Below are positions 25,611 to 32,239 of a stretch of 64,000 bases of DNA, piece by piece (the first letter of the stretch is position 1; the number at the start of each line of letters is the position of its first letter). Made by a program: the position numbers and the translations under genes. Source of the DNA: Synergistes sp. (GTDB lineage Bacteria; Synergistota; Synergistia; Synergistales; Synergistaceae); assembly GCA_017537925.1 (NCBI GenBank), contig JAFYJW010000061.1:12660-76659 (forward strand), in the 5' to 3' direction. The notes under the pieces are model-generated. The model was not told the DNA's origin and did no database searches. It was given only the letters and a program-made list of their open reading frames with translations.

Positions 25611-26632
25611 TGACGCTGCCGGCAAACACAAAGAAAGTCTGGGGAGCAATGTTATTTATATTGCTCCCTGTTTTCTGTATTCTGGTCTCTTTAACTTTAG
25701 GCGTGTACCGCATTTCCGTGCCTAATGTCTTTCAGATACTGCTGGGCAAAATGACCGGCAATATCCCTGAAGAAATAAAAGCAATAGAGATCTCAATGGT
25801 ATGGGATGTACGGCTGCCGCGAATCCTGGGCGCCGTGCTCGCGGGCTGCGGCCTGTCTATCGCCGGCGGAGTATTTCAGGCTCTCTTCAGCAACCCGCTG
25901 GCGGATCCCTATACCCTGGGCGTATCCAACGGCGCCGGTTTCGGGGCCGCGCTTGCCATCGTGCTCTCCTTTTCCTCAATGATGATCCAGCTTTCGGCGC
26001 TCTGCTTCGGCATAGTTTCGGTCGGCCTGACCTTCCTGCTGGCAGGACGGAAACGGCGCGCGCCTGTCACGATGATCCTTTCGGGCATGCTGGTCAGCGC
26101 TTTTTTTGCGTCGCTGGTATCGCTGCTTAAATTTACCGCCGACCCGCAGGAAAAACTGCCGCAGATAGTATACTGGCTCATGGGTTCGCTGACCGGGCTG
26201 CGCTACAGCAAACTGCTGGTGGTGCTGCCGGGCTTTCTGACCGCGGTCGTCGTGCTGCACCTCTACCGCTGGCGCATCAACATCCTAAGCATGGGAAACC
26301 GCGAAGCGAAGTCCATGGGGCTGAATGTGAGGCGCGACCGCACGATGGTCATTCTGGCCTCTACGCTTCTGACCGCGCTTGTAGTCAGCATCGCAGGCAT
26401 AATAGGCTGGGTGGGGATAGTTATACCTCATCTGGCAAGAATGATCGTCGGTCCCGACTTTCGAAAACTCATGCCGGTATCCGCATCGCTCGGCACCTGC
26501 TTCCTGCTTATCATCGACGACATCTGCCGCACGCTGACGGCGCAGGAGATACCGATAGGCGTGGTCACAGGAATTATCGGCATACCTATCTTCCTCTACT
26601 TCATCCTGCGTGAGAAAGTGAGCTGGGCCTGA
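25610..26632 (+). CDS. FecCD-family ABC permease
   Basis: 340 aa, polytopic. RLPRILGAVLAGCGLSIAGGVFQALFSNPLADPYTLGVS is the FecCD/BtuC signature. The start overlaps the upstream stop (TAATG). Confidence 0.9.
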   Translation: MTLPANTKKVWGAMLFILLPVFCILVSLTLGVYRISVPNVFQILLGKMTGNIPEEIKAIEISMVWDVRLPRILGAVLAGCGLSIAGGVFQALFSNPLADPYTLGVSNGAGFGAALAIVLSFSSMMIQLSALCFGIVSVGLTFLLAGRKRRAPVTMILSGMLVSAFFASLVSLLKFTADPQEKLPQIVYWLMGSLTGLRYSKLLVVLPGFLTAVVVLHLYRWRINILSMGNREAKSMGLNVRRDRTMVILASTLLTALVVSIAGIIGWVGIVIPHLARMIVGPDFRKLMPVSASLGTCFLLIIDDICRTLTAQEIPIGVVTGIIGIPIFLYFILREKVSWA

Positions 26633-27414
26633 TGAGACTTGAACTGCAGAGCCTTAGCTTTGGTTACGATGAAAGCAGGATGATCCTGCAGGACATATCC
26701 TTCGCCCTTGAGGGCAGCGGCGTATTCTGCATTCTCGGCCAAAACGGCACCGGCAAAAGCACGCTGCTGAAATGCATCGTAGGCGAAGAAAAGGCAACGG
26801 GGCGCGTGCTGGTGGACGGCAGGGATTATTCCAAATACACACAGCGTGAACTGGCGCGCAAGATCGCCTACCTGCCCCAGACCCACGTCCCTACCTTTCC
26901 TTTCCGTGTCATAGACGTCGTGATGATGGGGCGCAGCGCCCATATGCGCTACTTCGCTTCCCCGGGCGCCGCTGAGCTGAAACTCGCTATGGACAACATG
27001 GAATTCCTCGGCATCGAACGCCTCAGGGACAAACCGTACACGAACATCTCAGGCGGCGAGCGGCAGCTTGTCATGATAGCCGCCGCGCTTACCCAGCAGC
27101 CTGAGTTCCTGATCATGGACGAGCCTACCGCGCATCTGGATTTCGGCAACACTCATCGCTTTCTGGATCTTGTGCTGAAGCTGAACGAAAACGGCATCGG
27201 CATACTTATGACCACCCACTTCCCAGATCAGGCGCTCTACCTCGGCGCGGAAACGCTTGTGCTGAAGGACGGCACGCTCTGGAAGAACGGGGCAGCAAAA
27301 GACGTGGTAGATGAGCAGGGCATGTCGGATCTGTACGGCCTGCCGGTACATATCGGGCGAATCGGCAGCAGGCGCGTCTGCGTCGCGGGAGAATTTGAAA
27401 ACGGAGAGCGTTGA
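26632..27414 (+). CDS. ABC transporter ATP-binding protein (FecE/BtuD-like)
   Basis: Walker A GQNGTGKST, signature ISGGERQ, Walker B LIMDEPTAHLD. The start overlaps the permease stop (TGATG). Confidence 0.9.
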   Translation: MRLELQSLSFGYDESRMILQDISFALEGSGVFCILGQNGTGKSTLLKCIVGEEKATGRVLVDGRDYSKYTQRELARKIAYLPQTHVPTFPFRVIDVVMMGRSAHMRYFASPGAAELKLAMDNMEFLGIERLRDKPYTNISGGERQLVMIAAALTQQPEFLIMDEPTAHLDFGNTHRFLDLVLKLNENGIGILMTTHFPDQALYLGAETLVLKDGTLWKNGAAKDVVDEQGMSDLYGLPVHIGRIGSRRVCVAGEFENGER

Positions 27415-27415
27415 T

Positions 27416-28171
27416 ATGGACAACAGAGAGATATCGATGCTCTCCAACAAATACTGGTCCGGAAGGGCCACGGAATTCTCCGCTCTGCGCATGAAGGATT
27501 ACGAAACTCCGATGCGCGCGCGGCTTCTGGAATTCATCGCATCCGTTTTGCCGGAGAGCAAAGGGATAAAAGCCCTCGACGTGGGCTGCGGCGCCGGTTT
27601 TCTGACGCTGCTTTTGCTTGAGCTCGGCTGTGCTGTCACAGCCGTGGATTTTTCAGACGAAATGCTGGAAGAGGCAGCACAGAACTGCCGTGACAAAGGA
27701 TATGCCGGCCGCGGCGCGGAATTCATCAACATGGACGCGCAGAATCTGAGCTTTGCAGACTGTTCATTTGATTTCGTCATAAGCCGCAATGTTCTCTGGA
27801 CCCTGCCGGACGCGGCAAGCGCTTACCGCGGGATGTTCCGTGTTCTGCGCCCCGGCGGCATACTGCTCAACATGGACGCCAATTACGGCAAGACCTTCAA
27901 CGCCGCCGACGCCCGCGGCGAAACACCGGTGCATCCCACTCAGACCCTTGAGCAGCTGCGCACCCGCAACCGCATATCGCGCGATCTTGAAGTGACGAAG
28001 GCAGGCCGCCCTCTCTGGGACCTCAGCCTGCTGTGGGACTGCGGCGCATCAGAGCTGCGCTGCATACGCAATTTTGAAAACGTGATCGGGATAAAGGCCT
28101 ACGATCAGGCAAGCGTAACGGCTTCCGCAAACAGCTCAAGCGAGATGTTCGCCGTTATCGCGGTCAAATGA
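27416..28171 (+). CDS. class I SAM-dependent methyltransferase
   Basis: Motif I LDVGCGAGFLTLLL, and RVLRPGGILL post-II/III motifs. The ATG lies 1 nt after the ATPase stop. The longer ORF from 27311 was rejected. Confidence 0.8.
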   Translation: MDNREISMLSNKYWSGRATEFSALRMKDYETPMRARLLEFIASVLPESKGIKALDVGCGAGFLTLLLLELGCAVTAVDFSDEMLEEAAQNCRDKGYAGRGAEFINMDAQNLSFADCSFDFVISRNVLWTLPDAASAYRGMFRVLRPGGILLNMDANYGKTFNAADARGETPVHPTQTLEQLRTRNRISRDLEVTKAGRPLWDLSLLWDCGASELRCIRNFENVIGIKAYDQASVTASANSSSEMFAVIAVK

Positions 28172-28346
28172 TTCCACAGACATCTTCCGCATATCCTGAA
28201 TCTCAAGCTGCCGGTGCGCTTCCTGTCCCCCGTTAATGAGAACCGATATTGACCGGTGCTTCGACAGGCGGCAGATCAAAGAGACCTTGATGCTGCTTCC
28301 GAGCTTCAAATAAGAGCCGGTTTGCGCGCCGAAGCCGAACCGGGTA

Positions 28347-29720
28347 TCAGGATTCCTGCTTCAGATTCCCAAGGTCGGAGAAGTCCGTTTCAAACAGGAT
28401 CTCCTCCGGCAGTTCTTTCTTTTGCAGGAACATGAGCATATAGATCGGGAAATAGGTGACCTTGCCGACTGTCTCAATGTTGCCGCCGCAGAAAACATAC
28501 CCTTCTTCGATGCCGTAATCGATCTGATTCAGCACATTGTCCATGGCATTGTGGCGGTAGTAATCCTTGCCTGACTTGATCTCGACGGGCAATACTTTTC
28601 CGCCTTCTTCGATCACAAAGTCAAGCTCGCCGAACTTCTTGCTGTTGTAGTAATAGAGCGTATAGCCATGGGCGGTCAGCTCCTCGGCGGCGACGTTCTC
28701 ATATATCGAGCCGAAATTGATTGTCGTTTCATGCTGCAATATCTTAAGCTGAATCTCGCCTCCATACTGCGCTGCCAGCAGGCCGACGTCGTTGGGAAAA
28801 AGCTTGAACAGATTCTGCGATTTGGATAAAAGCAGAGGGGCCTTCGGTTCGCCCGCCACGTTTGCCGGAAGCGCGACGCCCGCATTCTTCAGCCAGAGGA
28901 AGCTGTCGTAATACTTGTCGAACCTGGTTTTTTCATTCAAATTCTTCAGGATGAACCGCTTGTTTTTCGCGTTCAGCTCGCTGGGGATCAGATCGAAGAT
29001 CTCGTTCAGATACAGCCGGTCCTGCGCGTCGTATTTGGAGATGTCGCGCCGATACAGCCTAAGAATCGCGTTCTGTTCGTCCGCAACGCGGCGGAGGTTT
29101 TTGGTTTCCATGTAAGCGGAAACGGCAGCCGGCATCCCACCGACAATAAGATACAACTCAAATAACTGCATCATCCGCTTGTGGATAAAGGGGTCCACGG
29201 GCGTTTTTGTTTCAAACGACTTACGCAGCGCATCAAGCACATTCGTGCCTACGCCGTTGGCAATCGCAAACTCTTCAAAGTCCAAAGGATACATCCGGAC
29301 AATATCCATGTAGCCGACCGGAACGGAAGCGATGTCGCGGAATACCGTCCCAAGCAGCGAACCGCTGAGAATGTAATCGTAGCTGCCATCCTGCACGAGA
29401 TATTTGATATGCGTGATCAGTTCTTTACACTCCTGTACTTCATCAAAGAATATCATCGTCTTGCCGGGGATCATTTTGTCGCCGAACAGGGCGGACAGAC
29501 GCAAAAGTATCTCCTCCGTACTCCCCGCGCCTGCAAGGGCGGAGACAAATTCCGGATTCTCTATGAAGTCCATTTTGATGAAGCTCTCATAATGGGCTTT
29601 GCAGAATTCTTCCACAATGTAGGACTTGCCGACCTGACGGGCGCCGACGATCATCAGCGCCTTGTTTGGCCTGTTTTTATAAAACGCTTCGATATGTTTG
29701 CGAATCTTTCTTTGGAGCAT
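28347..29720 (-). CDS. AAA-family ATPase with DUF4143-type C-terminal domain
   Basis: Walker A VGARQVGKSY and Walker B-like MIFFDEVQ. The C-terminal ELDFVIEEGGKVLPVEIKSG is the PD-(D/E)xK-like DUF4143 signature. The ATG at 29720 is preceded by GGGGGA. Confidence 0.8.
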   Translation of the reverse strand: MLQRKIRKHIEAFYKNRPNKALMIVGARQVGKSYIVEEFCKAHYESFIKMDFIENPEFVSALAGAGSTEEILLRLSALFGDKMIPGKTMIFFDEVQECKELITHIKYLVQDGSYDYILSGSLLGTVFRDIASVPVGYMDIVRMYPLDFEEFAIANGVGTNVLDALRKSFETKTPVDPFIHKRMMQLFELYLIVGGMPAAVSAYMETKNLRRVADEQNAILRLYRRDISKYDAQDRLYLNEIFDLIPSELNAKNKRFILKNLNEKTRFDKYYDSFLWLKNAGVALPANVAGEPKAPLLLSKSQNLFKLFPNDVGLLAAQYGGEIQLKILQHETTINFGSIYENVAAEELTAHGYTLYYYNSKKFGELDFVIEEGGKVLPVEIKSGKDYYRHNAMDNVLNQIDYGIEEGYVFCGGNIETVGKVTYFPIYMLMFLQKKELPEEILFETDFSDLGNLKQES

Positions 29721-29775
29721 CGTTTTTCCCCCAGTCACAATCCCAACAAGAGCATAGCACAAATCCGGAGAAAAA

Positions 29776-29868
29776 ATAATCGAATTTTACACTTTTCTAT
29801 GCATTTTTCTTTATGAAAAAACGCCGGTTTTTACACTTTTCCAAGAGCATCGCTTCGGATAATCGAAT
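29776..29868. repeat. direct repeats upstream of the AAA ATPase gene
   Basis: ATAATCGAAT occurs at 29776 and 29859. TTTTACACTTTTC occurs at 29785 and 29829. Both were read directly from the sequence. Confidence 0.7.
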
Positions 29869-30086
29869 GAAACGGTTAGGAAGAGAGTTTCTCAAAATAT
29901 ATTATCGGTATGAAACCGTGGCTTTCAGCGGAAATTTTCGTTTGTTTTATTCCTATTTTCTATATTTTAGGAATAATAACTCTGCCGGCATAGATTATCA
30001 GAACGCGTGACGTCATCAGAGGTCATCGTAAAATTTCTGTCATAATGGCCCTACGTTACGACCGCCGGAGCGTTCATAGCGTTCGG

Positions 30087-30371
30087 TCAATCGTATTTAA
30101 ATTTTTCCAGTTCCTCCATATCCAAAACAAGTTTATGGAAAGTCTCTTCCCCTTCAATGAACAGATCATTAAAATAGATTGGTTTTCCTGACAGAGCTTT
30201 GATGGCTCTTTTTATTCTGCCCCATAAGGTATTATAGTTATGGTCGTAGCTTGAATCCTGAATGGAAATGTTATAGTTGATCTCGCCGTCTTCCCATGCC
30301 GTTTTTTCAATTACGAACATACAGCATTTACAGTCGCAGGGTAAAACGATCATTTTGCTTTTTTCTTCCAT
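30087..30371 (-). CDS. hypothetical small protein with an N-terminal CDCKCC cluster
   Basis: 94-aa ORF in an AT-rich block. I recognise no family. Confidence 0.5.
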   Translation of the reverse strand: MEEKSKMIVLPCDCKCCMFVIEKTAWEDGEINYNISIQDSSYDHNYNTLWGRIKRAIKALSGKPIYFNDLFIEGEETFHKLVLDMEELEKFKYD

Positions 30372-30432
30372 TTCTCGTCCTCCATCGTTCGCAGCAAAAA
30401 ATTTCAGATCAAGTGCCGCAGCTCTTTCTGAG

Positions 30433-30648
30433 TCACTCCGAAAGTATCTTCAAATAATCGTCCAGACGTTCATTAACATACCCCGCGATCAGGTCGGCCA
30501 TAGCCCATGCGTCGCTGTCACGGTAATAGGCGTCGAATGCATCGTAGTATTTCCTGCGGTCTGTGAATTTCACGTTTACAGGCGGATATCCGCAGCGAAT
30601 CAGGTCAAGGTTCATGAGAAGGCGCCCGGTCCTGCCGCTACATCCTTT
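30433..30648 (-). pseudogene. 5'-truncated Fic/DOC-family gene remnant
   Basis: KGCSGRTGRLLMNLDLIRCGYPPVNVKFTDRRKYYDAFD matches the distal part of the Fic motif (..GNGRxxR) and the following helices. An in-frame TGA at 30651..30649 sits immediately upstream, and no HPF portion is present. Confidence 0.65.
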
Positions 30649-30696
30649 TCAGCCGCAGAGGCAACGATCACGTCAGTCTTTCCAATCTGATGTATC

Positions 30697-31095
30697 TTAT
30701 TCGTGCAAATAGATTCTGATTTTCATATCAAGCCATTTGCCCTTCCATTTCTTTTCTGTGATCTCCCCAAAAAGAATCTTTCCGGCGTCCATCAGCCTCG
30801 AAAAGATGACATTGTCGCTTCTGGGCACATAACCAATCTTTACCCCGTCTTTGTTGCGAATCACTATTGCCTGCTTGTCATAGGGGTTATCCGGTTCTCT
30901 GAGGAACTGCAGCCTGTCGCCGATATTCAGGTGCGGCTCAAGCTCTTCAATTCCCTCTATGTACGATGTGCCCGCCACATTCGAATCAAACAGAAAGATA
31001 TCCCGTTCAAACGGCTTCGGGATTGCAAGCTCTCCGCCCTGCTTATGAAGAAGCTCGATAATGGCTCCGCTGTTTACAGTAACTAAATCTGCCAT
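30697..31095 (-). CDS. stand-alone HIRAN-domain protein
   Basis: 132 aa. VAGTSY...GDRLQFLREPDNPYDKQAIVIRNKDGVKIGYVPR is the HIRAN signature. RBS AAGGTGA. The start lies 4 nt after the upstream stop. Confidence 0.75.
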   Translation of the reverse strand: MADLVTVNSGAIIELLHKQGGELAIPKPFERDIFLFDSNVAGTSYIEGIEELEPHLNIGDRLQFLREPDNPYDKQAIVIRNKDGVKIGYVPRSDNVIFSRLMDAGKILFGEITEKKWKGKWLDMKIRIYLHE

Positions 31096-31099
31096 TTCT

Positions 31100-31900
31100 T
31101 CACCTTATCATTTCATCTATGCGCGATCTATACGCATCTGCGGCCTGTCTGTAACCTTCCAGAATCTCTTTTAGCTCTTGTTTCTTCGCAGCCATCTTCT
31201 CTTTGTCTTTTACGAATTCCTTTAATGTATAAGGGTAGTCGTCCTTGATCGACTGTATGACCTCTTTCAGGCCCTCAATTAGTTTTTTCAGACGGGTTTT
31301 TTCTTTTACCAGCGCCTTTAATGCGTCTTCCCGCGTTTCCGAAACGGTTTCCTCTGACACCATCGCATCTATGATTCTCAGAGAATCAAGGTCGCCGTTT
31401 TCATATGCTCTCACCGCACGTTCAAAGAGCTTTATCTTCTCCTCGCCGATATCAGGATGAAGATCAGGATGGAGCGCTTTTACGATGCGGCGATACAGCC
31501 TCTTAAGTTCTCCCGTTTCTTCTGATGAAAGAACCCTTAAGCTGCTTCGATCCAGAGCCGCGTTCATCTTAGCGATAAGTTCATTGAGCTTCATCTGATA
31601 CTCAGCAAATTCAATATCCAATGTCTTTTCTATTTCTAAAAGTTCGATCTTCTCCTGCCGGTTCTTTTTTGCTTGAATCAGCTCTGCCTTGCGCTTTAGC
31701 CGCAGATAGGTACACTGTGCTTCATATGCTCTGTATTCCAGACTGCCGAGCTCCAGCATATAGGCCATCTCAATATTCCGGCATTCAACGTACAGAAGCT
31801 CATCCCGCTCAAGCACCAGCATGGACAATTCCGTCCGAAGCAGTTCGACCTCAGACTTCATTTTTTCATAATCCGGAAACAGGATGACTTTGTTCGGCAT
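31100..31900 (-). CDS. coiled-coil J-domain (DnaJ-like, HPD motif) protein
   Basis: 266 aa, rich in heptad-like E/K/L sequence. The central ELKRLYRRIVKALHPDLHPD...KIKLFERAVRAYENGDL fits J-domain helix II-HPD-helix III. RBS GAGGGGG. Confidence 0.7.
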   Translation of the reverse strand: MPNKVILFPDYEKMKSEVELLRTELSMLVLERDELLYVECRNIEMAYMLELGSLEYRAYEAQCTYLRLKRKAELIQAKKNRQEKIELLEIEKTLDIEFAEYQMKLNELIAKMNAALDRSSLRVLSSEETGELKRLYRRIVKALHPDLHPDIGEEKIKLFERAVRAYENGDLDSLRIIDAMVSEETVSETREDALKALVKEKTRLKKLIEGLKEVIQSIKDDYPYTLKEFVKDKEKMAAKKQELKEILEGYRQAADAYRSRIDEMIR

Positions 31901-31981
31901 GACCTATGCCCCCTCTGACAGCGGTACCGGTAAATCACATTTGTCTGAAAAGTTACAGATAAACAAAAGGGATTTCTTTGC

Positions 31982-32065
31982 TGGTGCGGGAAGGGGGACT
32001 TGAACCCCCACGGATAAACCACTGGATCCTAAGTCCAGCGCGTCTGCCAGTTCCGCCATTCCCGC
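31982..32065 (-). tRNA. tRNA-Leu(TAG)
   Basis: Reverse complement GCGGGAATGGCGGAACTGGCAGACGCGCTGGA-CTTAGGA-TCCAG..., long variable arm, TTCAAGT T-loop, acceptor GCGGGAA/TTCCCGC, encoded CCA. Confidence 0.9.
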
Positions 32066-32160
32066 ACAGGCTTATATTTTACAGGCGGCCAGTTAATAAA
32101 GCAAGGCAGCGCATAACGCGCGCAGTACGCCGCGCAGGCCGCTCCCCCGTCATTCATGAC

Positions 32161-32199
32161 AAAACTACCGGCGCGGCAAAAAAGCTGCCGTGCCGGTAG
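32161..32199 (-). terminator. intrinsic terminator after metG
   Basis: Minus-strand stem CTACCGGCACGGCA/TGCCGCGCCGGTAG (one G-U pair) followed by TTTTGTC. Confidence 0.75.
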
Positions 32200-32239
32200 T
32201 CTGCTTTATGCTTTCGCTCTTTCGCTCAGCCTGCGAGGC

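Larger units (their letters stand above)
21233..31981. mobile_element. putative mosaic genomic/defence island between two tRNA-Leu genes (no integrase detected)
   Basis: The 3' ends of both flanking tRNA-Leu genes face the segment. Its content is toxin-antitoxin/Abi modules, gene remnants, an AAA ATPase and an accessory transporter. Blocks at 21.3-24.4 kb and 28.2-31.9 kb look visibly more AT-rich than the flanking core genes. Confidence 0.5.

Noticed and set aside
31908-31922. Possible degenerate att repeat: CCCCTC--TGACA next to the J-domain gene, compared with CCCCTCCTTGACA at the 3' end of tRNA-Leu(CAG).
   Set aside because: - It gives only 11 matching bases and needs a 2-nt gap, which is well within chance for a 64-kb window.
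- It needs a proper alignment and statistics before it can be called an island boundary.
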